Below the pieces are notes generated by a model. It searched no databases. It was not told the DNA's origin and saw only the letters and a list, made by a program, of their open reading frames with translations. From contig DDZV01000044.1 in the NCBI GenBank assembly GCA_002346475.1, positions 4,295-68,294 on the forward strand: a stretch of DNA of 64,000 nucleotides. The letters are read 5' to 3'. The position numbers and the translations under genes were made by a program. Positions 18,606-27,515 of the stretch are shown one piece after another (positions within the stretch are counted from its first letter, which is position 1; each line of letters starts with the position of its first letter). Source of the stretch: Acidobacteria bacterium UBA2999. GTDB taxonomy: Bacteria; Acidobacteriota; Vicinamibacteria; Vicinamibacterales; UBA2999.

Positions 18606-19873
18606 TGGAATTCCACAAAGGCGTTTTCAGAAAAACTATTAAGCTCGCACCTTGGGTTGTTGGCGTAGTAGGTCTTATTGTAATTACAGAAATACTTGCG
18701 TTTGGACAGATCAACATGCCAGATCCAAGCATGATTGCTGGTCAAGCAATTCCTGCACCAGAACTTCCTGACGGCACCGTGTCTGTCCGTGTGGTGCGTC
18801 AAGAGCTTGGTGACAACCTTGTCGACCAAGAGGTTACGATTACAGTCGCTGGTACAAGTCAGACAGCAATGACTGGTGACGATGGGCGTGCCCAGATAAC
18901 GGGACTATCCTCTGGCGCTTCTGGCACTGCTGAGGCTGTCGTTAACGGTGAAACATTAATTTCAAGCCCGTTTCAAATTCCACAAAGCGGAGGGATCCGC
19001 GTGATTCTTATTGCAGAACTTGCCGAGCGCGCTGAGCGATTGGCAAGGGAAGCTGCAGAAGCGTCTGCTGCACCACCAGTCAAGGGTGTTGTGACATTCG
19101 GTGGAGATTCTCGTGTAGTAGTGGAGTTTCGTGACGATACGCTTGAAATCTTTTATGTGCTTGAGATTGTGAACAGTGCTCGTGCTCCCGTTGATATTGG
19201 GGGACCCCTGATTGTTGAGCTTCCTACAGGCGCTGCGGGAGCAGCTGTATTACCAGGATCAACTTCAGCTGCTATTGCGCAGGGCGATCGCGTAACAGTG
19301 CCAGGACCATTTGGACCAGGTTCAACGCAGTTGCAGATTGGGTACCGGCTTTTACACGATAGTGACACACTGACACTGACGCAACGATGGCCTGTTGCAC
19401 TCGATCAGGTGCTAGTCATTGTCCAGAAGGTCGGGAATATGACAATAGATTCGGCGCACTTCACGGAAGCGGATGAAACTCAGGCTGCCAATGGTACGCT
19501 CTTTATGTTAGGTGGTAATCCGAAAGGTATCCCAGCAGGGGGTGAGTTATCAGTGTTGCTTAGTGGACTTCCAGTAGCCTCATCGTTACCCCGCTACACA
19601 GCCCTGGCTTTAGCTGGACTAATTTTGATAATTGGTTCTTGGGCAGCTGCGGGGGGGTCTCGTTCAGAGGATGCTGAGCGTCGATTAGTCAGTCGACGTG
19701 ACTCCCTCTATGGTGAGTTAGTCAAACTAGAGGAGCAGCGACAGGCAACTCGCATTGATGGGTCTCGCTACGCTGCAAAGCGCAAACGGTTCCTTTCTGA
19801 TCTGGAGAGGGTGTATGGCGAGCTGGATGGAATCACTTCCAGTCAGAAGAAAGGCAGCGAAGTAGGCGCGTGA
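18605..19873 (+). CDS. uncharacterised bitopic protein: N-terminal anchor, Ig/CarboxypepD_reg-like periplasmic domains, C-terminal TM + coiled-coil tail
   Basis: ATG 18605 overlaps the upstream stop (TAATG), with GGAG 7 nt upstream. DGTVSVRVVRQ...VTITVAGTSQTAMTGDDGRAQITGL is beta-sandwich-like. C-terminal TM is LALAGLILIIGSWAAAG, then RRDSLYGELVKLEEQRQATRIDGSRYAAKRKRFLSDLERVYGELD. Confidence 0.6.
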   Translation: MEFHKGVFRKTIKLAPWVVGVVGLIVITEILAFGQINMPDPSMIAGQAIPAPELPDGTVSVRVVRQELGDNLVDQEVTITVAGTSQTAMTGDDGRAQITGLSSGASGTAEAVVNGETLISSPFQIPQSGGIRVILIAELAERAERLAREAAEASAAPPVKGVVTFGGDSRVVVEFRDDTLEIFYVLEIVNSARAPVDIGGPLIVELPTGAAGAAVLPGSTSAAIAQGDRVTVPGPFGPGSTQLQIGYRLLHDSDTLTLTQRWPVALDQVLVIVQKVGNMTIDSAHFTEADETQAANGTLFMLGGNPKGIPAGGELSVLLSGLPVASSLPRYTALALAGLILIIGSWAAAGGSRSEDAERRLVSRRDSLYGELVKLEEQRQATRIDGSRYAAKRKRFLSDLERVYGELDGITSSQKKGSEVGA

Positions 19874-20604
19874 CTCAAAACTTCGACCAGGTAACGGTCA
19901 GTGATGTGAGCCGTCACTTTGGTCGTCGGCGCGCATTGTCAAACCTTTCGTTTCGCTGTGAGACAGGATCGATACTCGGTCTTCTTGGCCCAAACGGCGC
20001 TGGAAAATCTACCCTGCTAGCTATTTTAGCAACTTTACTTCGACCGACATCTGGTGCTGTGCAATATGGATCGTTAGGCACCGTGCATGATACAAAATCA
20101 ACTGGAGTTAACGGCCTTGCATTACGTGCGCAGATAGGTTTCTTAACCCATGACTTAGGTTTGTACACAGAGTTAACGGCACGTGAAAATCTAGAGTTTT
20201 TTGCAGGAATATACGGCCTGGAGAATGTTGCTACCGTTGCTGAGTGTGCATTATCTCATGCAGATTTACTTAAGCGTGCAGATGATCCTGTTGTTAGTTT
20301 TTCAAGAGGGATGCGTCAACGCATTGCACTTGAACGAGTGCTTATTCATGGTCCTCAACTATTATTACTCGACGAACCGTTTACTGGGCTTGACGATCAG
20401 TCAGTAGCTACGTTCATTGCACGGCTCTTTGATTTACGCACTAAAGGCACCATCACGGTACTTGCAACGCACGATCTTGAGATGGTTGAAGGTTTGTTTG
20501 ATCAAGCAGTGTTGATTCGTGATGGTCGAATGCTCGAGACAATGATTAGGCCAAAGTCTCTTCGGTCTCTCTATCAATCTACAATTAAGCGAGAGTCTCA
20601 ATGA
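19870..20604 (+). CDS. ccmA: haem exporter ATP-binding protein CcmA
   Basis: Walker A GPNGAGKST, a signature-like FSRGMRQRIALERVL and Walker B LLLLDEP. GTGA overlap with the upstream gene; ccmB/C lie downstream. Confidence 0.85.
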   Translation: MTQNFDQVTVSDVSRHFGRRRALSNLSFRCETGSILGLLGPNGAGKSTLLAILATLLRPTSGAVQYGSLGTVHDTKSTGVNGLALRAQIGFLTHDLGLYTELTARENLEFFAGIYGLENVATVAECALSHADLLKRADDPVVSFSRGMRQRIALERVLIHGPQLLLLDEPFTGLDDQSVATFIARLFDLRTKGTITVLATHDLEMVEGLFDQAVLIRDGRMLETMIRPKSLRSLYQSTIKRESQ

Positions 20605-21284
20605 GATCATTTTTTCGGGTTGTCTGGCTTGTACTTCGAAAAGATATGACTGTTGAGGTCAGGAGTTTTGAAATTATTTCTACGACACTGTTCTTTGCAG
20701 TGTCAGTTGTGCTGTTTTTTGCGTTTGCTCTTGTGAAAGAGGGCCAGCCTCCCGGGGATGCTGCTGCTGGTATTCTATGGATTGCAATTGCTTTTGCAGG
20801 CACACTAGCACTTGGCCGGACGTTTGAGCGTGAAGGAAAGTCTGAGACGCTTCGGGCGCTTCTTCTGGCACCTTGTGACCGCCCGGCAATTTACGTTGCG
20901 AAATTACTTGGCATGGTTGGATTGCTTATGGGGGCCGAGCTAATTTTAGTGCCGCTTGTTGCTTTGTTTTTCCAAGCACAGTTATTGGCTCATCCATTCT
21001 GGTTAGGAGCGCTACTTGTGTCTGGGACGCTAGGTTATGCTGCTGTTGGAACTTTGTTTGCAGCAATGTTAGTCCGTGCACGCTCGCGGGACGTGTTGTT
21101 GCCAATTCTGTTGTATCCCATCACAATTCCAGTCATTATTGCCGGCGTACGTGGAACGGCAACGCTTCTTGACCCAGCTGGCGAGATAGCAATGGTTAGG
21201 TTTTGGACAATGCTTCTGGTTACGTTTGATGCTGTATTTGTAGCACTTGCGCTATGGACTTTTGAAACTCTGATGACAGATTGA
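20601..21284 (+). CDS. ccmB: haem exporter permease CcmB
   Basis: Polytopic membrane protein, ATGA overlap with ccmA, and the typical CcmB block GRTFEREGKSETLRALLLAP. Confidence 0.85.
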   Translation: MRSFFRVVWLVLRKDMTVEVRSFEIISTTLFFAVSVVLFFAFALVKEGQPPGDAAAGILWIAIAFAGTLALGRTFEREGKSETLRALLLAPCDRPAIYVAKLLGMVGLLMGAELILVPLVALFFQAQLLAHPFWLGALLVSGTLGYAAVGTLFAAMLVRARSRDVLLPILLYPITIPVIIAGVRGTATLLDPAGEIAMVRFWTMLLVTFDAVFVALALWTFETLMTD

Positions 21285-21294
21285 GGTGATCTGA

Positions 21295-21951
21295 ATGTCA
21301 ACGTTGTTTACACCAGCTTCGGGTCTATGCGCGATCATGCTTGCTGCGACCCCATTGGTAATTGCGAGTGCGCCTTACGAGTCAACCATGGGTCTTGTTC
21401 AGAAGATTTTTTACTACCACGTACCTTCTGCCTGGCTGATGATGTTAGCAGCTCTAGTAAGCGGAACTGCGAGTGGTTTCTATCTTTTTAATAAAAAGCT
21501 GAACTGGGATCGTATTGCAGTCGCTTCGGCAGAACTCATGGTTTTATTCGGAGCGATAGTATTGATTACAGGACCACTCTGGGGTCGAAAAGCTTGGGGT
21601 GTCTGGTGGCAGTGGGATGCTAGGCTGACTTCTAGTTTGACAACATGGATGATTTTTTGTGCTTATCTTATTGTTCGAAGATTTGGAGGCATAGGATCGG
21701 AAAAACTAGCGGCAGGGTTAGCACTGTTTGGTTTGGCAAACGTACCATTTATCTATGTGTCCGTTAACTACTGGCGGACAATTCATCCGACAACTAATGT
21801 GGTACCGACGTTACCTTTGTCGATGGGCGGACCTTTTTGGTTTTGTGCGTTGACTCTCTTGCTTCTTTATATCTTGTTCATGCAACTACGTATCAGGCTA
21901 GAAGAGCAGAGAAAGCAACTGGACGATCTCTATCTTGCCGTTGACAAATAA
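21295..21951 (+). CDS. ccmC: haem exporter / haem-handling protein CcmC
   Basis: WWD block WGVWWQWDARLTSS and conserved His-containing loops. Confidence 0.9.
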   Translation: MSTLFTPASGLCAIMLAATPLVIASAPYESTMGLVQKIFYYHVPSAWLMMLAALVSGTASGFYLFNKKLNWDRIAVASAELMVLFGAIVLITGPLWGRKAWGVWWQWDARLTSSLTTWMIFCAYLIVRRFGGIGSEKLAAGLALFGLANVPFIYVSVNYWRTIHPTTNVVPTLPLSMGGPFWFCALTLLLLYILFMQLRIRLEEQRKQLDDLYLAVDK

Positions 21952-21973
21952 TATATCGATGGGGAGGTGTGCC

Positions 21974-22270
21974 ATGATGATTCAAAGAATACGTTTTTTG
22001 ATTGGGGTTTTTTTACTTGTTTTTTCATTGGTAGTTCCACCTGTTGTTGCGTGGGCGCAGCAACCTGGTGAGCAGGTAGATGAGTTTGTTCCAATATCTG
22101 AGCTTCCTCCCGAAGATCAACTCCCAGCTGCGCCATTGCTTGTATCAGCGTATGCGTGCGTAGTGTTACTTCTTGGAGGCTACGTTTGGTCGGTGGGGAG
22201 GCGTTTATCAGGCGTTCAGGAAGAAATGAAGCGACTTGAGTTGAAAATCAAACAGGACGTTCACAACTGA
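21974..22270 (+). CDS. CcmD-like small membrane protein with N-terminal extension
   Basis: GGAGG lies 6 nt upstream of ATG 21974. TM LLVSAYACVVLLLGGYVW is followed by the basic stretch SVGRRL, as in CcmD, and the position after ccmC fits. An extra N-terminal signal-like helix is present. Confidence 0.45.
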   Translation: MMIQRIRFLIGVFLLVFSLVVPPVVAWAQQPGEQVDEFVPISELPPEDQLPAAPLLVSAYACVVLLLGGYVWSVGRRLSGVQEEMKRLELKIKQDVHN

Positions 22271-22428
22271 TGCCGAGTGCATCTCACTTTATTTTCATTC
22301 CTGCTATTTTACTTTTAGGGGTTGTAATTGGTTGGATCTTAGGATCTAGGGCAGTGGCTGATGCGTATGCTGCTCAGGCAAAGAAATCTAGAGAATATCC
22401 TCAAGGTCCCAGCCAAAGAAGCAACTGA
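22270..22428 (+). CDS. 52-aa single-TM mini-protein (below ORF-track size cut-off)
   Basis: ATG overlaps the upstream TGA (TGATG). Reads MPSASHFIFIPAILLLGVVIGWILGSRAVADAYAAQAKKSREYPQGPSQRSN. Found manually. Confidence 0.35.
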   Translation: MPSASHFIFIPAILLLGVVIGWILGSRAVADAYAAQAKKSREYPQGPSQRSN

Positions 22429-22448
22429 TTAATATTGTTACTCTCGTA

Positions 22449-23195
22449 TTAGTGTCCAAGGGCAAGTCTTTGAGAAAGTTCTGACGGTAGTCCGGCAGCA
22501 AGAATCTTAGCCTGGGCTTTTTCTATTTCATAGCTTACACGTCTCCATGTCACGATACCCGTCTCAGTGTCTACGAGACCCCATGCGGCCCATGGGTCTC
22601 CATCTCTTGGTTGTCCCACTGATCCAAAGTTCACAATAAAGTTACTGTGGTTGTTATTCGTGATCTTGATTTGGTAAGAGCGTTGGCTGACATTCGCATA
22701 TACGACTTTTTGATTGCGGAGTTCGTACATGGCTGGCACATGAGTATGCCCAAAGAGACAGAGCAGCCTACGTGACATTGCCAGTGATTTTTCGGCTACT
22801 GCGTCATCAAAAATATACACGTCCTCATCAAAAGGTGCTCCATGGCAAACCTCGACCAGTGAATCAATAATAACGGGGCCTGCAGGTAGTGCAGTCAGGA
22901 ATTCTTTGTTTTCAGGAGTAAGTGTTTTTGCAGTCCATTCAATAGCTGCGCGTGCCTGTGAGTTGAAATGGTGACTCGGTTCAAGGCCTACTGCGACTTT
23001 GTCATGATTGCCTCTGATGATGGAAAGATTGTCAATTTCTCGAATTCGTTCAATCACTAAATTCGGGTCAGCCCCGTACCCAACTAGGTCTCCTAGTACA
23101 AGGATACGATCAAAATCACACTTTTTGATATCAGTCAGTACTGCGTCAATAGCTTCGAGATTTGCATGTACATCACTTAGGACAGCATATTTCAT
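22449..23195 (-). CDS. metallophosphoesterase (calcineurin-like, YfcE/MJ0936-type)
   Basis: MKYAVLSDVHAN, LGDLVGYG, RGNHD, GHTH. Start 23195 overlaps the aroK stop (TGATG). Confidence 0.8.
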   Translation of the reverse strand: MKYAVLSDVHANLEAIDAVLTDIKKCDFDRILVLGDLVGYGADPNLVIERIREIDNLSIIRGNHDKVAVGLEPSHHFNSQARAAIEWTAKTLTPENKEFLTALPAGPVIIDSLVEVCHGAPFDEDVYIFDDAVAEKSLAMSRRLLCLFGHTHVPAMYELRNQKVVYANVSQRSYQIKITNNNHSNFIVNFGSVGQPRDGDPWAAWGLVDTETGIVTWRRVSYEIEKAQAKILAAGLPSELSQRLALGH

Positions 23196-23692
23196 CAGGA
23201 ACCTATCCACGTGAGCAACTGCTTTACTATTTCAGAAACTGGTTGACTGCTATCGATACGAATATGAGCTTCTTGGTAGTTAGCTTGTCTGCGGAGATAG
23301 AGCTGTTCAAGTTGAATTCGATTGTTGGCGAGTGGGCGTTTACCGTCAGAAGAGATGCGGTGGATTACATCATCAAAAGGGAGGTCAAGCCATGCAGCTG
23401 AGGCTGCTGAAAGGATCGCTTCTCGGTTCTCAGTATCTATAAATGTACCTCCCCCTGTTGCCACGACAATGTTGGACTGAGATAAAAGATCTGCGAGGAC
23501 CTCTCGTTCGACACGTCGGAAATAGGCCTCCCCTTCATCTGCAAAGATTGAAGCAATAGAGCGGTTTTCACGAGCTTCAACAAGCTCGTCCATATCTTCT
23601 GCTTGCCACCCAATTTGTTTTGCCAGGTTTCGAGCTATAGTAGATTTTCCAGCTCCCATGAAACCAACGAGATAGAGGCTATGTATTTTCAC
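23195..23692 (-). CDS. aroK: shikimate kinase
   Basis: GFMGAGKST P-loop and ATGGG block; overlaps aroA by 4 nt. Confidence 0.9.
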   Translation of the reverse strand: MKIHSLYLVGFMGAGKSTIARNLAKQIGWQAEDMDELVEARENRSIASIFADEGEAYFRRVEREVLADLLSQSNIVVATGGGTFIDTENREAILSAASAAWLDLPFDDVIHRISSDGKRPLANNRIQLEQLYLRRQANYQEAHIRIDSSQPVSEIVKQLLTWIGS

Positions 23693-25014
23693 TGACCTAA
23701 TGCTTCAAGAACGCCAAAGAAGCCAGGATACGATACGCTGGCAACTGTAGCATCTTCGATAGTAGAAGGACCAACGGCCCCGAGTGCGGCGACAGCAAAG
23801 GCCATGGCTAGTCGATGATCTCCATACGCGTTAGCACGGCCTCCAGTTAATTTCTTATTCCCTTGGACATGAAAACCATCTTCAAATTCCTCAATTTCAG
23901 CACCTAAGCAACGCAAGCCTTTCGCGAGCAGTGATATTCGGTCACTTTCTTTAACCCGTAATTCCTGAGCACCCCTTACCAAAAGTTCGCCACCTTGTGT
24001 TGCGAGGGCTGCCAGTGCTGGCAGTTCATCAATGAGACCTGGAACCTCCGACGGCATGATTTCTACTTTTTTCAAAAGACCATAGCGAATACGAATAGTT
24101 CCGGATGGTTCGCCGCCCAGGGACTCTAAGATTTCAGTTTCTACTAACGCTCCCATACGTTCCAACACTTGGAGAATTGCAGTTCTCGTTGGATTGAGTC
24201 CAACGCTAAAAATCGTTACATCAGATTTAGGGAGCGCTGCGGCCGCTGCCATCACAAAGGCTGCTGAGGAAATGTCGCCAGGGACTCTGAGTGTTAGGGC
24301 TTTGAGATTTTGACGCCCAGCAAGTAAGACCTCATTGTCCTTATGTTCAATTTTGACACCGAAGGCTTCAAGGGCAAGTTCAGTGTGATTACGGGTTTGG
24401 ATCGACTCATGTACTGACGTTACACCCTCTGCATGAAGGCCAGCTAAAAGGACAGCGCTTTTGACTTGAGCGCTTGAGGTGTCAGTTTTAAATATGATTG
24501 GTTTCAGTTCATTGGTTCCATTCACAGTCAATGGAGGTCGACCATTGGTTGCTTTGATACTGGCACCCATTCGTTCTAATGGCACAATGACCCTATTCAT
24601 AGGTCGTTGTCGCAGAGATTTGTCTCCGTCTAAAAGACTTTGAAAAGAGTGTGCTGCGAGTATCCCAGTAAGCATTCGCATTGTTGAACCAGAATTTCCA
24701 GCATCTAATGGTGCGCTCGGTTGAGTGAAGCCACCTAAACCTCGACCCTCAATGCGGATTTCAGGTCCTCCATGTTCTCCAGCATCAGGACCAAGATTCT
24801 TCCCTTGACTTATATTGATTGGCACACCCAAGGCGGCTAAACATTGCAGTGTCGAGGCACAATCGAGACCCTCGGAATAGTTCTTAATAGTCGTGCTACC
24901 AGTTGCGAGTGCTGCTAGCAAGGCGTAGCGGTGCGAAATCGACTTGTCTCCAGGAATCACCATCCTTCCCTGCAAACGTGTGGCTGGATAGATTGTTACG
25001 TCGTCGGAAGACAT
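23689..25014 (-). CDS. aroA: 3-phosphoshikimate 1-carboxyvinyltransferase (EPSP synthase)
   Basis: PGDKSISHR, AGNSGSTMRMLTG, DHRLAMAFAVAAL. Confidence 0.95.
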   Translation of the reverse strand: MSSDDVTIYPATRLQGRMVIPGDKSISHRYALLAALATGSTTIKNYSEGLDCASTLQCLAALGVPINISQGKNLGPDAGEHGGPEIRIEGRGLGGFTQPSAPLDAGNSGSTMRMLTGILAAHSFQSLLDGDKSLRQRPMNRVIVPLERMGASIKATNGRPPLTVNGTNELKPIIFKTDTSSAQVKSAVLLAGLHAEGVTSVHESIQTRNHTELALEAFGVKIEHKDNEVLLAGRQNLKALTLRVPGDISSAAFVMAAAAALPKSDVTIFSVGLNPTRTAILQVLERMGALVETEILESLGGEPSGTIRIRYGLLKKVEIMPSEVPGLIDELPALAALATQGGELLVRGAQELRVKESDRISLLAKGLRCLGAEIEEFEDGFHVQGNKKLTGGRANAYGDHRLAMAFAVAALGAVGPSTIEDATVASVSYPGFFGVLEALGQ

Positions 25015-25071
25015 ACAGTGACTATAGCAGGTGCACTCGTTAGTCTGTCAGTGGCTATAATTATTATTTTA

Positions 25072-25512
25072 ATGGACAACAAAGATACAGTTCAGCTTGA
25101 TTTTTGCAGTGCGCTTGGCATGCTTGATTTAGTGCAAGGTGTTTGCCATCACCTAGGCAAGCTTGTGGGTTTTGATGAAGATTCTGTGCATTGGGTTGGG
25201 GTGGCAGTACGTGAATCAGTAATCAATGCTATTAAGCATGGCAATGCTGGTGATGAATCTAAGCGTGTGCAAGTGGAGTTCACGTATTCACTTGAGAATC
25301 CAAGCGATGGCTTGGAGATCTTAGTTCGAGACGAAGGCGCTGGTTTTGATCCTGCCAATTTACCAGACCCGCTTGCTTCAGAGAATTTGTCGAAGACTAG
25401 TGGTCGGGGAGTCTTTTTAATGCGAAAATTTATGGATGAAGTCGAATGGTTTTGTTTGCCAGAAGGTGGTATGGAAGTTCGTATGAGTAAGCGTTGTACT
25501 CCAAAGGTGTAA
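25072..25512 (+). CDS. anti-sigma regulatory factor / Ser-Thr kinase (RsbW/SpoIIAB-like HATPase)
   Basis: ESVINAIKHGN (N-box), VRDEGAGFD (G1) and SGRGVFLMRKFMDEV (G2). Start moved to ATG 25072. Confidence 0.7.
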   Translation: MDNKDTVQLDFCSALGMLDLVQGVCHHLGKLVGFDEDSVHWVGVAVRESVINAIKHGNAGDESKRVQVEFTYSLENPSDGLEILVRDEGAGFDPANLPDPLASENLSKTSGRGVFLMRKFMDEVEWFCLPEGGMEVRMSKRCTPKV

Positions 25513-25519
25513 TTCTCAA

Positions 25520-26353
25520 TTGACACCTCAGCTTAGTTTTGAGAGCGCATCTGATTCGTCAGTGGATCCTCTGTTTTTAGAGACAGCAGTTGAAATTGTT
25601 TTGGAAGCGGGGAGACTCCATCTGAAAGGTCTGGAGTCTGGTTTTACTGTTGATAAAAAGGGCACCATTGATTTAGTAACGGAAGTCGATCGCGCTTGCG
25701 AACAAATGTTTCGGAAGATAATCATTGAAAGATTTCCAGACCATGACATTTTGGCAGAGGAGTTTGGATGCCACGCAGCACAATCAGAGCCTTCTCGCTA
25801 TCGTTGGATCTTTGATCCACTTGATGGAACTACAAACTATACGCATGGACTGCCAATTTTTTGTGCATCTTTAGCGTTAGAAATTGACAAGCGCACTGTA
25901 ATCGGTGTGGTTTATGACCCCTCACGTCGTGAGCTTTTTACTGCAGAACGTGGGAAGGGTGCGTTTTTAAATGGTTCGGCTTTGCACGTTTCGCAGGTAG
26001 CTAATCTTGTTGAAGGATTGCTAGTTACAGGGTTTCCTTATGATGTACATGAGCGAGTCGAGGAGATGACTAGACTTTTTGGAGCTTTTCTTGGGCAAGC
26101 TCGGGCAGTACGACGTTTGGGATCAGCTGCGCTAGACCTTTGTTATATCGCAGCGGGTCGTTTTGATGGTTTTTGGGAACAAAGCCTGAAGCCTTGGGAT
26201 GTTTCAGCTGGAGGACTTCTAGTTGAAGAGGCCGGGGGGCTTGTGACGGGCATGGATGGATCGCTATTTGAGTCAACAGCGGGGCACTTGGTTGCATCAA
26301 ATGGACAACTACATAAAAAGATTCTTGAGGTTATTGCCTCGGTGAATGTTTAG
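25520..26353 (+). CDS. inositol monophosphatase family protein (SuhB-like)
   Basis: WIFDPLDGTTNY and the WDVSAGGLLVEEAGG block; TTG start. Confidence 0.85.
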   Translation: MTPQLSFESASDSSVDPLFLETAVEIVLEAGRLHLKGLESGFTVDKKGTIDLVTEVDRACEQMFRKIIIERFPDHDILAEEFGCHAAQSEPSRYRWIFDPLDGTTNYTHGLPIFCASLALEIDKRTVIGVVYDPSRRELFTAERGKGAFLNGSALHVSQVANLVEGLLVTGFPYDVHERVEEMTRLFGAFLGQARAVRRLGSAALDLCYIAAGRFDGFWEQSLKPWDVSAGGLLVEEAGGLVTGMDGSLFESTAGHLVASNGQLHKKILEVIASVNV

Positions 26354-26428
26354 TGCTTTTGTGTCACGATAAATTGGTTTGTCTGCGTCGATATTTGATT
26401 ACATGGTGAAACTTGGAGTTAGCTGTCG

Positions 26429-27025
26429 GTGAGTTCCTTTATTAGTTCACTCTACACATTAGCGGTTTCAATTGGTGGCTTTGGGCTATTAGGAGTTGCA
26501 TTTATTGATTCTTCTTTTGTCTCATTGCCACAAATTAACGATGTTCTAGTTGTGGTGATGATCACACACAACGAAGCATTGATGCTGTATTACGTCATAA
26601 TGGCGACATTAGGCTCTGTTGGTGGTTGTTACGTTATTTACTATATGGCGAATCGAGGAGGCGAGGCATTTCTACAAAGACGTGTGAAAGCGGCGCGGAT
26701 GACTCGTGTAATAGGACTCTACGAACGACATGGTGCGATGGCATTAGTTGTTGCAGGGCTGTTGCCGCCACCTGCACCATTTAAGTTGTTTGTTCTACTG
26801 GCAGGTGTAGCGGGGGTTCGACGACGGCAATTCATTACTTCTGTATTTGTAGCCAGAGGGATCCGTTATCTTGCTCTTGGGGTCCTCGCTGTTGCGTACG
26901 GCGACGCTGCGATGGCACTAATGCGAAATTATGGTCGAGAGGTTGCATTGGGGCTCGTTGGAGTTCTGCTTTGTGGATGGGTAGGACTATGGTTTTGGAG
27001 GCGTTCGAAGATTGAGAAGAAATAA
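26429..27025 (+). CDS. YqaA/DedA-family membrane protein
   Basis: Polytopic, with family-like blocks FIDSSFVSLPQINDVLVV and LLPPPAPFKLFVLLAG. Confidence 0.6.
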   Translation: MSSFISSLYTLAVSIGGFGLLGVAFIDSSFVSLPQINDVLVVVMITHNEALMLYYVIMATLGSVGGCYVIYYMANRGGEAFLQRRVKAARMTRVIGLYERHGAMALVVAGLLPPPAPFKLFVLLAGVAGVRRRQFITSVFVARGIRYLALGVLAVAYGDAAMALMRNYGREVALGLVGVLLCGWVGLWFWRRSKIEKK

Positions 27026-27031
27026 CTCCTC

Positions 27032-27484
27032 ATGAGAGCTCTTGTTCAGCGTGTAGCAAAAGCTCGGGTTCGAGTAGATGAACGTATCATTGGAGAGATT
27101 GGGCACGGGTTGCTGCTTTTCGTGGGAGTTTCAAATGATGATACGGAAAAAGACGTTGATTATATAGTTGCAAAAGTCCCTGTTTTACGTGTTTTTGAGG
27201 GGAGAGATGGTCAACCAATGGATCGGTCTTTATGTGACGTTGGTGGCAGTGTTCTAGTTGTTTCACAGTTCACATTGTTTGCGAAGACTCATGGCCAGCG
27301 CCGACCGTCATTTTTAGAGGCGGCACCATCTGAGAAGGCGCAAGAACTCTACGACAAGCTCGTGAGACAATTGCAGGCAATGAATATTAATGTTGCAACT
27401 GGGAAGTTTCGCGCCATGATGCAAGTCGAGCTTGTTAATGACGGTCCTGTAACAATTCTTATTGATAGTCAATCGAAGCGTTAA
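27032..27484 (+). CDS. dtd: D-aminoacyl-tRNA deacylase
   Basis: MRALVQRV, SQFTL, NDGPVT. Confidence 0.92.
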   Translation: MRALVQRVAKARVRVDERIIGEIGHGLLLFVGVSNDDTEKDVDYIVAKVPVLRVFEGRDGQPMDRSLCDVGGSVLVVSQFTLFAKTHGQRRPSFLEAAPSEKAQELYDKLVRQLQAMNINVATGKFRAMMQVELVNDGPVTILIDSQSKR

Positions 27485-27515
27485 TTCACGGAGTCAGCAT
27501 TAGTTGGAGAGTTGA

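Noticed and set aside
25018-25060. Direct repeat AGTGACTATAGC / AGTGGCTATAAT upstream of the RsbW-like gene
   Set aside because: There are 3 mismatches in 12 nt. The second copy simply contains a TATAAT -10-like hexamer, which is too weak to call a repeat element.
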